From contig OZ231126.1 of NCBI GenBank assembly GCA_965153355.1, positions 5,022,001 to 5,086,000 on the forward strand: a stretch of 64,000 bases of DNA, read 5' to 3'. Numbering within the stretch: position 1 is the stretch's first letter; every line of letters begins with the position of its first letter. Under the pieces are notes generated by a model that saw nothing but the letters and a program-made list of their open reading frames with translations, did not search any database and had not been told where the DNA came from. Source of the stretch: Flaccisagitta enflata. Lineage: Eukaryota. Below are positions 24,064-39,189 of the stretch, piece by piece. The position numbers and the translations under genes were made by a program.

Positions 24064-24665
24064 CAGTACCTTCCGAGCAAACCCGGCTAAAACTGGAGGA
24101 TTAATTTTTGTTACTTTAATTTCATTTCCCAAACTTAATTTTTTGTATCTAACTTAATTAAAAGATACTTAATTCCTTGAATATATTTGGCTGTCAAAAA
24201 AAATAACTCGTGAAATCAAAGTGCATGAAGACATCAGAATTGAGTGTTTTAACCCAGACCATTGGATTCGGCAGAAAATTTTACCTATCCTAGACTACAA
24301 GAACAGCTCAGTCAGACAATTATTTCAGATTTTATAGCCATTTCAAGTTTTTAAGGACAATTGTCTCAAAATAATTTAGGACAATTGTCCTTAAAAACTT
24401 TAAATGGCCATAAAATCTTAAATAGTTGTCTGACTGAGCTGTTCTTGTAGTCTAGGATAGGTAAAATTTTCTGTATAATGTCTGGAGAACACTCAATTCT
24501 GATGTCTTCATGCACTTGATTTCACAGTTATTTTTCACAGCAAATATGTTCAAGGAATTTAATTATTTTAATTAAGTTAGATACAAAAAATTAAGTTTGG
24601 GAAATGAAATTAAAGTAACAAAAATTAGTCCTCCAGTTTTAGCCGGGTTTGCTCGGAAAGTACTG
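24064..24665. mobile_element. ~600-bp foldback Tc1/mariner-like MITE nested in the TIR of an older MITE (23942-24689)
   Basis: TA|CAGTACCTTCCGAGCAAACCCGG ... CCGGGTTTGCTCGGAAAGTACTG|TA, palindromic throughout. Removing it restores ATTTTGATTTCCTATGCAAATTTGGAATTCTGTGTG, the reverse complement of 23942-23977. Confidence 0.9.
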
Positions 24666-25909
24666 TATGCAAATTTGGAATTCTGTGTGAGCTGAAAAAA
24701 ATCGATTGTTACTAATTTTTTTACCTTTTCACAACTTCATAGTCAAATTTTCTTCATTCTTATTTACCATTCTACTATTTTTTTATGTAAGATCATTTCT
24801 TTTATGTGATTAAACAAACTAGATTTGAAAAAATAAAGCAGACAGTAACTGAAATAGAAATGCTAATGCGATTGGTTAGTTTGTCCTGAGGGTAAATTTC
24901 TCTATTTTAAGTTTCATTGCGTCATAGGATGAGCTCAATTTTTAGCACCAAAAACAATATTGTTGCTTCAATCCATCAACAATAGGATGGGCGCTATTTG
25001 ATTTCTTCCTTTCGCATTGTCAAATATTCCTGAAAAACAAGGCCGGATACACGGCCACCAGTTGTGGACGGGTGGGCAGGGGCGGAAATGCGCGTTTTCC
25101 CACTTTTCGACTCAATCATTATGGACCAACGGACCGATGGACGGAACGACGGACAAAGCCTCTTGTAGAGTTGCGTGTCCTCAACTAAAAACGTTGCTTA
25201 GAGATCGTTTATAATCGACTGCTACTACATGTGATTAACTCTTCATTTGCAGAGTATTTACTAGTCAGTGAGGGTTCACAAGGCCCTCTTCTATTTATTT
25301 CAGTTTGGGTATAGTGAGGAATATTGTTCCAGAAAAGTGATTCCAGACCATAAAGTTGATTCATGTAGGAATATCAGTTTGATATTTTTTTTCCATTTTG
25401 AGATTGATCAACCGGTACCTTAATGCCCATTCTGAATTTGAGCCCCTGTTCCTTATTTCTAAAGGCAATTGTTGTGACTACCACCTGTAACACAAACATT
25501 GAAAAAAAGATTTTGATACTACTATTTGGATTTGAATGGATTATAAAATTTGCTAAAGCATAAAAAACATTTTATTTTGCTCATGAATTTCATTTGAATT
25601 GATACCGGCTATGTTGAGATATGCCAAAAACTGTGACGGTGTCCCTAATGAAAAAAGCTCCAAAATCACCAAAAAATACATCTCATTTTCAAAAGCATCT
25701 CATTTCTGAAGAAAACCAGATCTAGACATGCGGATTGCGTCATTGCGTAGCTTTTGTAAAGCCCTTCAATTTGATCACGAATTTCAATCAGATTGAATAA
25801 AAGCAACATGGCTTGTATCAAATGAAATGTAAGGATAAAAATCACCATCATCATCCTTTAATGTGTAATTGCTGGAAAATTTGGTCGTTTTAAACAATGG
25901 AAACGGGTC

Positions 25910-27150
25910 ACCATCCGTTCAAACTACCGCCAGGTGGTTTTTAGTATTACTCTGAATTTTTCGCTTGTTTTTACTCAGGATGGACTTACTAAACCAGGAT
26001 CCAGCTTCAAAGAAATCTTTCTTGTAGCGCCTTTTGAAAAAAATCCAAAATTGATTGTTTTTCATCCTATTTTGCACCCAGATTTTAGAGGGCTGTTAGA
26101 AAACCTTTTTAGATAGCATATTTGAATTCCTGATAAAATTTCCTTTCATTTGATAGGTCGCACTATATATTTTTTAAAAGAGATCAAATTTTCAATTTTT
26201 TAGCCACCATTGCAAATCATTATTTATGTTAACGGTGGATTAAAAACAAAGAATTTTATTTCTTCTTAAAAATGTAGAGTGCAACCTATCAAATCAAGTT
26301 CAAGTTCAAGTTCAAGTCAACCGGAAAAGGAAAGCCAGTGGCTTGTGGTCCCGGTGCAGTCAGTCATTCATCTGCATTCTTACGTAACCGTAACAATGTA
26401 AAACAGTGTATCCAGACTTTGGTATGCTTTACCAAAAGCAAGATGAAAAAAGGTGAAGAAAAAAACTCACCATACTTTCGCTTGGTATTACCTTTACCAA
26501 AACATAAGAGAAACTTACTATTTCCATCTTGAGGGGTTCCATTCAGCTACTTTACCATCTCAGTTGGCCTTAAGGATCCTCTCATCAAGGCGATTCTTGA
26601 AGGAATCAAGTGACTTAGCCGCTTTCACGTCTGCCGGAAGTAGATTCCATTTTTGAATGACCCTGTCAGAGAAGAAGGTCTGTCGTTGCTTGCGGCCATT
26701 TGCCGCCATTTTTTTAACCAACCTTGGTCCACCTCTTGCGTCCCGGACCTCCCAGAATATCTCTGGGTTAATTTTCGTGAGTCCTTTGAGCATCTTGAAG
26801 ACTTCACTGAGATCACCTCTTTTTCGTCTTTGTTCAAGAGTCATCAAACCAAGATTCTTCCTTCTTTCTTCGGAGTTCAGCCTTTTAAGCCCCCAAACCT
26901 TGGCAGTTGCTTGAAAGGAAATTTCATCAGGAATTCAAATATGCTATCTAAAAAGGTCTTCTAACAACCCTAAAAATTCTGACTGCAAAAGATGAGGAAA
27001 AATTACAATCAATTTTGGATTTTTTCAAAAAGCGATACAAAAAAGATTTTTTTGAAGCTTGATTCTTATTCAGGAGGTCCATATTCAGTGTAGACAAGAA
27101 AATCCAGAATAATACTCTAAACCATCTGGCGGTAGTTTGAACGGACGGTG
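25910..27150. mobile_element. Foldback DNA element interrupted by a LINE fragment
   Basis: TIR CACCATCCGTTCAAACTACCGCCAG / CTGGCGGTAGTTTGAACGGACGGTG, with long inverted arms. Confidence 0.8.
26295..26908 (-). mobile_element. CR1-type LINE 3' fragment
   Basis: LEQRRKRGDL..VFKMLKG..FFSDRVIQKWNLLP..SLDSFKNRLD is the typical CR1-group ORF2 end. The (ACTTGA)n 3' tail is at 26295-26320. Confidence 0.9.
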
Positions 27151-30100
27151 GGGTAAAATCAAAGATTAGCTGCCTCTTTATATGTTTTGACTTATTTAGA
27201 TTTGACCCAATCATTGTATGAAACTGATAAAAGCAGATTGAATGCAGTCTTTGTGATGCTTATGCAATAATTGTGTCACAGATGTTGCTAGGTCATGAAG
27301 GCTGACTTGCCGATTTCGACTTCAACAATAGATTCTTTGAATGACCGGTTTAAAAAAGACAATGCAAATGCTATGAATTTTTTGCAATTTTGAAGTGCAC
27401 TTCATTTGTCAGCAGCTCATACCAGAACACAGTCTTGAGGTCAAAATTCTAGTGTCAAGGTCCAAATTCTAGCCTCAAGGCTCAAATCTTAGCCTTGAGG
27501 CTCAAATCCCAACCTTGAGGCTCAAATCTCAGCCTTGAGGCTCACATCCCGGCCTCGAGGCTCAAATCCCAACCTCAAGCCTCAAATACCAGCCTAAAGG
27601 CTCAAATCGCAATATCTTGGCTCAAATCACAGCCTTGAGGGTCAAATCACAACCTCAGGGCTCAAATCAGAGCCTCAAAGCTCAAATCCCATAATTAATG
27701 CTCAAAATCAAGCCTAGTGCCTCACTAAGCATAGTTCATCAGTCCTATTGGGGCCGCTGCCCCTATCACCATCACACATCCACATATACTCACATAGGGG
27801 CAATGGGAACTGCTGACCATCTAAAATTTTTGCGACTATTTACTTTTTCAGCGTTTTTGAGCTTATTTAGCTCACTGCTCCTACCCAAATGCCCAAGTGG
27901 TCTTTTCTGTCACTGCCCCTGCCCACCCACACGCAACTGGGGTAGCCGTGTATCCGGCCTTGCTCCCTTTCATATCATTATCTCTTTTTTTGTGTGTGGT
28001 CAGTCCTTCGGTCCGTCTTACTGTCCGTCTGTAACATTTCTGAATTGCGAGCGGTTTTTGCGGTTCCGCCCCTCACAAGCGTGTGGAGCAGAATTTCAAA
28101 GGGCCGTCGGCAACCAGTTTCAGGTACGACAATGCTTCCAGCCTGACAGGGTTTATAATACATTCAGTCCCTTTCTTTTATTACTTTCTTTTACAAGAAT
28201 TTACAGCCTATTAAGAAAAAAATACACAATCTCTTTTATTCTTCCCTTAAGCCTAATTATGATTTGTTTATATTCAAACAGCGCGTATAATTGAATCAAG
28301 AGAATAGGAACAAAAGAAACAAAATTTCAATTGGTAAACATAATCACGCAGAAGATTGAACCTCATTAATGAGAGAACAAATAGTGAGTAGGTAACATAT
28401 CCTAAATGACCGACACTCTAGTGTTCATTAAAATGAGATGATGAAAGTGTTTTTCAAGCGAACTAAACATCGATAGTAAATACCCCCCCCCATCCTCATA
28501 GAAATCGGTTCAGAGTTTAGAACATGAGAGGGCCAACGAATGCTGCTAGCCAGTCAAACTCGGTTTCTAGAAACCGAGTTTGCGGGTCTTAACAAGTTAT
28601 TCCCAAGTGGGTCTGCCCAAAAAAAGCTTAAAGCTGCGTCACACTTTGATGCCACGATGCCATCCTGTTATTCTTTTTCTTTCATTCTTTTTGTTTTTCA
28701 TCTTTTTCTTCTTTAACTATATGGGCTTAAGTACGAAAGTGGTGTACAGGGTGAACAACCTCAAGTGGGGGAAAGTAAAGCTAAAGAACTCAAGATGCTT
28801 CAAATCTGAAATTTGCTACTTGTAGGGAATTGCCTGACATTTATTTTCTTTGCTTTGTATTGACTGAAATGCGTAATTGAAGCAACAATGAGGATATGAT
28901 CATAGTCATGATGGTTTCTCTCCAATAGCAAAAAAAGTAGAAATGGATTCTCAGTCAACTACAGTCTCTTACATAAAAAATGTCAAAGCAACATTCATAC
29001 GGATACAATAACTGAGTATATTATCAATGTGCATCAATTTTAGACCAACAATTGAGTTTTTGGTGCATTTCTTGAAGAATTATGGACAAAGGAGTGAACA
29101 TAAATGAAAATCTACTGGCAAAGAAATCAAGTCTATAGGCTGTTTTTTCAGTGATGTCTGTTTTTGAACATTTCAATGATTTCAACATATCTTCCAAAGT
29201 ATTTGAGCCAATGACTTATACTTCAGCTCAAACAAAACGTCAGGCAATTGTCTACATTACTATAAAAGATGAGGTGTTAGTCAGCAATAGTTTTGCAATC
29301 CTTAGCTTTTACTTTCCCCCACTTGAGCTTGTTCACCATGTACTATACGAATTAAAAAAAAAGACGCACTTTTGAATGGTTGATTGGGCCATTGAAAATA
29401 AAAAAAACTAATTAAAATTTTGGACCATTTTGAAGCCCTTGAAAAACTCTTTCATTTGGCGCCAATCTGGTATCTCTATCTTTTTTTGTTTGGAAATGGC
29501 ATTAGTTTGAGTGAAAATGTTTCCAAATTTGTTTTTGCAGTCCCCTTGAAAAAGATGCAATTCAGCAAAATGGTGTCTCACTTTAGAAAGCTCTAGCTCC
29601 TAAACCGTTAAAGATACAGATCTGGGATTGGTTTAGAATGAAAGATAATTTGAAAATCTTTAAAATCACTCTCTCTAAAAGATTTTGTGAGCATTTTTTA
29701 AGTCAGTTTTATCAACGAAACGAAAGGTGCGTCTTTTTTTTAAATTCGCGTAGTAAGTCCAACAAACAAGGACGTCGGCCAACATCACTTCCCAGACACC
29801 CATGTTGCCCCTGCCCAATTGTCCGCGACTATTGTGCCGTTTATCCGCCCTGATTTTATTGTCGTTGGATCTTATTACCAGTGCCCCCTACCTACGCTTC
29901 CACCTTCTCTGTCATCTTCCCCTCTTCCGTGCGGCCGATGCTAAATATGGTGGTTCCGCTCTCGAATGATCGTCTTTCTTATGATGCCGATCATGCCGAC
30001 TATGGTCTTTGTATCTGCCTCCATCACCTCCAACTCCTCTAGCGTCTTTCTTGTTTTGTTCTCTATCGACGTCCTCATCGGGATCTTTGTCGACCCGATT

Positions 30101-30172
30101 GTTGTCCGTTTGTTTTCCTTTTTTCTCCGTCCACGTATCTTCCTCCTCTTGCGTCAGGAATGTCTTGGGCAT

Positions 30173-30849
<677 letters not shown>

Positions 30850-31444
30850 GCCGGGGAGTCTTATCCAGAGGGGGGTTGTACACGATTTGGCTTCTTCGTC
30901 GTCTTGCGTCTTTTGTAAGAAGGGGAGGCATTAGAAAAGCTGCAGGAGGAGAGCCTGCAAAAAGCGAGAAGTTAAAAACAGTTGATGAAATCATGTCATT
31001 ATTTGTTCTTTCACGACTAACAGCTTCAAAATATCTCATTGGTTGAGATTTCTCTAGTGATACGTGACATGCTACAACACTTAATGGTCATGCAATGACA
31101 ATGCATATATGATAGTGATAAAACAAGGTCATTAGACCTAAGTCGCGTGCATCGGCACTTTCAAAAAATGTCAGGCAGACAGATAGATCATTTTTTTTTT
31201 CAAAAGCACTTTTTAAAAAGCTTTTCACTCCTCCAAGTTTCTTCTCTGCCTTTCAGCGCCATCAAAAACGCGATAAAAAGCCTAAAAAACGACTTTGTTA
31301 CGGACCGACCAACCGACGGACCGACCGACCGACCAACCGACCGACCGACCAACCGACTGACCGACAAAGTGGCTTATAGAGTCGCGTAGCACGCGACTAA
31401 AAAACTGATAATGATGGAAAAAAGTATTCACATGAGAATAACAT

Positions 31445-31680
31445 ACCCTCGGGTGATCTGTTGAATAGTGGTAACTCTGGTAACAATAATTAGCCCTTAT
31501 CTATTTTGGTAAGCATTAGTGTTTTGGGTTAGACTCAGAATGTTTGTTAAGTTAGTTTTGCTAAATGGAAAACTAGGAGTGATGCGCGTAGTAACTAGTC
31601 AGTGAGGGCTCACAAGGCCCTCTTCCATATTTTTAGTTTGGGTGTAGTTAGGGATGTTGTTCCACCTGTCATATTAACAT
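31445..31680. repeat. Unclassified ~230-bp dispersed repeat
   Basis: Copies at 36417-36650, 42975-43207 (inverted), ~4078-4805 (diverged, interrupted) and ~25255-25330 (partial). Confidence 0.75.
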
Positions 31681-31682
31681 GT

Positions 31683-31790
31683 GGGAAGATAACGGCCACT
31701 CTCGCAAAAAACTACAAGAAATCGCTCAAAGAAGATGAAGCGGAGCCACGCTACAATCTCCGAAACACTGCCGCCAATAACAACAGAAGC

Positions 31791-31850
<60 letters not shown>

Positions 31851-31919
31851 CTCAACAACAATCTCAACAATAATCTCAACAATAATCTCAACAACAACAG
31901 CAATCTCAACATTAATCTC

Positions 31920-31969
<50 letters not shown>

Positions 31970-32455
31970 AAAATAGCTTCGGTTGTCATCCCCTACATCC
32001 CGGGCATCGCTCACCAAATGCGTCGCATTCTTAAAAGAATCAGGAATCAACGTAATTCATTCGTCTGGCTAGAGCCTTCCAAACATCATTTCCGGGAAGA
32101 ACAAGGTCAAGTTACCCCCGCAACAGATCATCTATAAAGCGCAAAGTCGATGCAAACCGAAGAAAAACAATGCCTACATCGGTCAATCTTGTCGCATGGT
32201 CTACTGTCGATTGGCAGAGCACATGGGTTACATCCGTCGAGGTGAATGGACCAAGTCGGGTCTCGCAGCTCACAAAGAGAATTGCAAGGAAGAAATTAAT
32301 TGGGAGGAGGACGTACAAATAATCGCGAAATGGCAAGCATCGATTAAGCTCGACTACATGGAAAGCCTCTGCATAAAACTTCGCCGAACTAGTCCCTGTC
32401 ACGGTTTTAATGAAGACGAAGGATACCGCGTATACACCAAACAAGACAAAACGTC
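31683..32455 (+). mobile_element. Penelope-like retroelement fragment (RT-EN linker plus GIY-YIG endonuclease), disrupted
   Basis: DNGHSRKKL..., VVIPYIPGIAHQMRRIL, IIYK..C...AYIGQSCRMVYCRLAEH..SGLAAH..MESLCI..FNEDEG. Contains an internal (AAC)n tract, a stop and frameshifts. Confidence 0.85.
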
Positions 32456-33120
32456 CAATGGTTTCAAAAATTTCCGTTTTTGGGCAGCGGCCCCGAAGGG
32501 ACCGATGACCTATGCTTTTGCACATACGGGAAATTTTTCCTTCTTCTCCTCCTTCTTCTTCTTCTCCGTCCAACCCTCGAGGCTCAAATCCAGCTTTAAC
32601 GCCTAAAATCTATCCATGACGCTCAAATCTAGCCCTCAAAGCTCAAAATCCAGCCTCGAAGCTCAAATCCCAGCCTCCAACCTCAAAAACCAGTCTCCAG
32701 GCTCAAATCCCAGTTTCAAGGCTCAAATCCCAGTTTCCAGGCTCAAATCCCAGTTTCCAGGTTCAAAATCCAGCGTTGAGGCTCAAATTCAAGTGTCGAG
32801 GCCCAAATCCCAGCCTTGAGGCTCAAATCCCAGCCTCGAGGCTCAAATCCCAGCCTCGAGGCTCAAATCCTAGCCTCGAGGCTCAAATCCTAGCCTTGAG
32901 GCTGAAATCCTAGCCCACTCAATTTGATATGAGCAAACTTGCCTTGGCCATTATCTGGAATGAGTGTGAATGGATATAAATACCGGGGTGATTAAATACA
33001 AGCAGAAGAGAGATGACGCGTCTTTGATTCTACAACCCTGCGCCGTGATAACGGCCCCATGGGGACCCCATGAATTTAGCCTTTATCGCGCGAAACCGCT
33101 AACGAGGAAACCTTTTTTTT

Positions 33121-33492
33121 TTAGTCGCGTGCACGCGACTCTACAACCCGCTTTGTCGGTCCGTCCATCCGTCGGTCCGTCGGTCCGTCCGTCCGTCGGT
33201 CCGTCCGTCCGTCCGTCACACTTTACTTTTTTGTACTATAACATCAACTCTTAGGTCATTTTAAGTCATTTTAAGTCATTTATTGTTATTCTAAGTCATT
33301 TTGAGTCAGTCTAAGTCATTTTAAGTCATTTTAAGTTATTTTAAGTTATTTTTTGTTTTTTGTTTTTTAAGTCATTTTAAGTCAATTTTGGTCATTTTAG
33401 GTCATTCTAAGTCATTGAAAGTCATTCTAAGTCATTCTAAGTCATTCTTTGTCTGTAAGTCTAGCACGCGACTTATAGGTGTTGGCCTTGTT
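33121..33492 (+). mobile_element. HINE-like element with central 10-bp TAAGTCATTT repeats (duplicate at 38125-38480)
   Basis: AGTCGCGTGCACGCGACT 5' palindrome, (GTCC)n, 3' GCACGCGACTTATAGGTGTTGGCCTTGTT. Confidence 0.75.
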
Positions 33493-33838
33493 CTTACCTC
33501 ATTTGATTTATGTCTAATATTGGTAATAATGTTTTGATACGATTATTGTTTTCTTTTCTCTTTTATCATTATTTTTTCAATAAGTCAATAATATAGAATA
33601 AGTGGTAAAGAAAAGATACTGGAATAGTATGCCATTAGTATTTTGTAATGACCAGTGCTCCTGCATCGAGTTTATCTAAGCGAATCTTGATGCTGAAAGA
33701 TCAACTAACCTACAAGGAGACAGACAGGGAGACATTAAGACAGACGGACCAAAAGCAGACCCAAACACAAACAAGAACAAGAACGTGTCATTGACTTTTA
33801 GTTGCATGCTACGCGCTTCTACACCCCGCTCTATCTCA

Positions 33839-33995
<157 letters not shown>

Positions 33996-35142
33996 ACCGA
34001 TCCAGCCGATTCACCGTTAAAGACATGCCCGTTATCCAGGGGCAATTCAACATTACAAAAAGGCATATGGCTCATTAAAGGTGCCGTTAAAGGCGCTGTC
34101 AAGGAAGCGGGGTTCCACTGTATCTATTTTTTCAACTGATAGATGTAAATCAATACAGAATGCTCTTGCCTCCTCATTCAAAGGAAAGGAGGGAACGCCA
34201 GATTCAATGTGCAACCAAAAAAGTATTAGGCCTATAAAAAAGAATAAGGCAATTTTTCGAGGGCAACCAAATAAAGACTACGCGGCGGAGAGGAAATGTA
34301 CAACTATGTACTATATGAATTAAAAAAAAAGACGCACTTTTGAATGGTTGATTGGGCCATTGAAAATAAAAAAAACTAATTAAAATTTTGAACCATTTTG
34401 AAGCCCTTGAAAAACTCTTTCATTTGGCGCCAATCTGGTATCTCTATCTTTTTTTGTTTGGAAATGGCATTAGTTTGAGTGAAAATGTTTCCAAATTTGT
34501 TTTTGCAGTCCCCTTGAAAAAGATGCAATTCAGCAAAATGGTGTCTCACTTTAGAAAGCTCTAGCTCCTAAACCGTTAAAGATACAGATCTGGGATTGGT
34601 TTAGAATGAAAGATAATTTGAAAATCTTTAAAATCACTCTCTCTAAAAGATTTTGTGAGCATTTTTTAAGTCAGTTTTATCAACGAAACGAAAGGTGCGT
34701 CTTTTTTTTAAATTCGCGTAGTAAGTCCAACAAACAAGGACGTCGGCCAACATCACTTTCCAGACACCCATGTTGCCCCTGCCCAATTGTCCGCGACTAT
34801 TGTGCCGTTTATCCGCCCTGATTTTATTGTCGTCGGATCTTATTACCAGTGCCCCCTACCTACGCTTCCACCTTCTCTGTCATCTTCCCCTCTTCCGTGC
34901 GGCCGATGCTAAATATGGTGGTTCCGCTCTCGAATGATCGTCTTTCTTATGATGCCGATCATGCCGACTATGGTCTTTGTATCTGCCTCCATCACCTCCA
35001 ACTCCTCTAGCGTCTTTCTTGTTTTGTTCTCTATCGACGTCCTCATCGGGATCTTTGTCGACCCGATTGTTGTCCGTTTGTTTTCCTTTTTTCTCCGTCC
35101 ACGTATCTTCCTCCTCTTGCGTCAGGAATGTCTTGGGCATCG

Positions 35143-35230
<88 letters not shown>

Positions 35231-35353
35231 CTCGTCCATTTCCAATGATTGACCTCGTTCGTTGTCCTTCCCTCGATCGTATCTGCCTCGTATCTCCCGA
35301 CACCCTACCTCCTCCTCACCATCTTGCACCTCCTCCACCTCCGCCGACGCCGT

Positions 35354-35492
<139 letters not shown>

Positions 35493-35494
35493 AA

Positions 35495-35556
<62 letters not shown>

Positions 35557-35689
35557 TTGTTGTTTACTCGTCCATTTCCAATGATTGACCTCGTTTGTTG
35601 TCCTTCCCTCGATCGTATCTGCCTCGTATCTCCCGACACCCTACCTCCTCCTCACCATCTTGCACCTCCTCCACCTCCGCCGACGCCGT

Positions 35690-35811
<122 letters not shown>

Positions 35812-36654
35812 GCCGGGGAGTCTTATCCAGAGGGGGGTTGTACACGATTTGGCTTCTTCGTCGTCTTGCGTCTTTTGTAAGAAGGGGAGGCATTAGAAAA
35901 GCTGCAGGAGGAGAGCCTGCAAAAAGCGAGAAGTTAAAAACAGTTGATGAAATCATGTCATTATTTGTTCTTTCACGACTAACAGCTTCAAAATATCTCA
36001 TTGGTTGAGATTTCTCTAGTGATACGTGACATGCTACAACACTTAATGGTCATGCAATGACAATGCATATATGATAGTGATAAAACAAGGTCATTAGACC
36101 TAAGTCGCGTGCATCGGCACTTTCAAAAAATGTCAGGCAGACAGATAGATCATTTTTTTTTTTCAAAAGCACTTTTTAAAAAGCTTTTCACTCCTCCAAG
36201 TTTCTTCTCTGCCTTTCAGCGCCATCAAAAACGCGATAAAAAGCCTAAAAAACGACTTTGTTACGGACCGACCAACCGACGGACCGACCGACCGACCGAC
36301 CCGACCGACCAACCGACCGACCGACCAAGACCGACCGAAAGTGGCTTATAGAGTCGCGTAGCACGCGACTAAAAAACTGATAATGATGGAAAAAAGTATT
36401 CACATGAGAATAACATACCCTCGGGTGATCTGTTGAATAGTGGTAACTCTGGTAACAATAATTAGCCCTTATCTATTTTGGTAAGCATTAGTGTTTTGGG
36501 TTAGACTCAGAATGTTTGTTAAGTTAGTTTTGCTAAATGGAAAACTAGGAGTGATGCGCGTAGTAACTAGTCAGTGAGGGCTCACAAGGCCCTCTTCCAT
36601 ATTTTTAGTTTGGGTGTAGTTAGGGATGTTGTTCCACCTGTCATATTAACATGT

Positions 36655-36766
36655 GGGAAGATAACGGCCACTCTCGCAAAAAACTACAAGAAATCGCTCA
36701 AAGAAGATGAAGCGGAGCCACGCTACAATCTCCGAAACACTGCCGCCCGTCAATAACAACAGAAGC

Positions 36767-36829
<63 letters not shown>

Positions 36830-36898
36830 CTCAACAACAATCTCAACAATAATCTCAACAATAATCTCAACAACAACAGCAATCTCAACATTAATCTC

Positions 36899-36972
<74 letters not shown>

Positions 36973-37458
36973 AAAATAGCTTCGGTTGTCATCCCCTACA
37001 TCCCGGGCATCGCTCACCAAATGCGTCGCATTCTTAAAAGAATCAGGAATCAACGTAATTCATTCGTCTGGCTAGAGCCTTCCAAACATCATTTCCGGGA
37101 AGAACAAGGTCAAGTTACCCCCGCAACAGATCATCTATAAAGCGCAAAGTCGATGCAAACCGAAGAAAAACAATGCCTACATCGGTCAATCTTGTCGCAT
37201 GGTCTACTGTCGATTGGCAGAGCACATGGGTTACATCCGTCGAGGTGAATGGACCAAGTCGGGTCTCGCAGCTCACAAAGAGAATTGCAAGGAAGAAATT
37301 AATTGGGAGGAGGACGTACAAATAATCGCGAAATGGCAAGCATCGATTAAGCTCGACTACATGGAAAGCCTCTGCATAAAACTTCGCCGAACTAGTCCCT
37401 GTCACGGTTTTAATGAAGACGAAGGATACCGCGTATACACCAAACAAGACAAAACGTC
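36655..37458 (+). mobile_element. Penelope-like GIY-YIG fragment, duplicate copy
   Basis: Same sequence as 31683-32455. Confidence 0.85.
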
Positions 37459-38826
37459 CAATGGTTTCAAAAATTTCCGTTTTTGGGCAGCGGCCCCGAA
37501 GGGACCGATGACCTATGCTTTTGCACATACGGGAAATTTTTCCTTCTTCTCCTCCTTCTTCTTCTTCTCCGTCCAACCCTCGAGGCTCAAATCCAGCTTT
37601 GACGCCTAAAATCTATCCATGAAGCTCAAATCTAGCCCTCAAAGCTCAAAATCCAGCCTCGAAGCTCAAATCCCAGCCTCCAACCTCAAAAACCAGTCTC
37701 CAGGCTCAAATCCCAGTTTCAAGGCTCAAATCCCAGTTTCCAGGCTCAAATCCCAGTTTCCAGGTTCAAAATCCAGCGTTGAGGCTCAAATTCAAGTGTC
37801 GAGGCCCAAATCCCAGCCTTGAGGCTCAAATCCCAGCCTCGAGGCTCAAATCCCAGCCTCGAGGCTCAAATCCTAGCCTCGAGGCTCAAATCCTAGCCTT
37901 GAGGCTGAAATCCTAGCCCACTCAATTTGATATGAGCAAACTTGCCTTGGCCATTATCTGGAATGAGTGTGAATGGATATAAATACCGGGGTGATTAAAT
38001 ACAAGCAGAAGAGAGATGACGCGTCTTTGATTCTACAACCCTGCGCCGTGATAACGGCCCCATGGGGACCCCATGAATTTAGCCTTTATCGCGCAAAACC
38101 GCTAACGAGGAAACCTTTTTTTTTTTAGTCGCGTGCACGCGACTCTACAACCCGCTTTGTCGGTCCGTCCATCCATCGGTCCGTCGGTCCGTCCGTCCGT
38201 CCGTCACACTTTACTTTTTTGTACTATAACATCAACTCTTAGGTCATTTTAAGTCATTTTAAGTCATTTATTGTTATTCTAAGTCATTTTGAGTCAGTCT
38301 AAGTCATTTTAAGTCATTTTAAGTTATTTTAAGTTATTTTTTGTTTTTTGTTTTTTTAGTCATTTTAAGTCAATTTTGGTCATTTTAGGTCATTCTAAGT
38401 CATTGAAAGTCATTCTAAGTCATTCTAAGTCATTCTTTGTCTGTAAGTCTAGCACGCGACTTATAGGTGTTGGCCTTGTTCTTACCTCATTTGATTTATG
38501 TCTAATATTGGTAATAATGTTTTGATACGATTATTGTTTTCTTTTCTCTTTTATCATTATTTTTTCAATAAGTCAATAATATAGAATAAGTGGTAAAGAA
38601 AAGATACTGGAATAGTATGCCATTAGTATTTTGTAATGACCAGTGCTCCTGCATCGAGTTTATCTAAGCGAATCTTGATGCTGAAAGATCAACTAACCTA
38701 CAAGGAGACAGACAGGGAGACATTAAGACAGACGGACCAAAAGCAGACCCAAACACAAACAAGAACAAGAACGTGTCATTGACTTTTAGTTGCGTGCTAC
38801 GCGCTTCTACACCCCGCTCTATCTCA

Positions 38827-38981
<155 letters not shown>

Positions 38982-39189
38982 ACCGATCCAGCCGATTCAC
39001 CGTTAAAGACATGCCCGTTATCCAGGGGCAATTCAACATTACAAAAAGGCATATGGCTCATTAAAGGTGCCGTTAAAGGCGCTGTCAAGGAAGCGGGGTT
39101 CCACTGTATCTATTTTTTCAACTGATAGATGTAAATCAATACAGAATGCTCTTGCCTCCTCATTCAAAGGAAAGGAGGGAACGCCAGAT

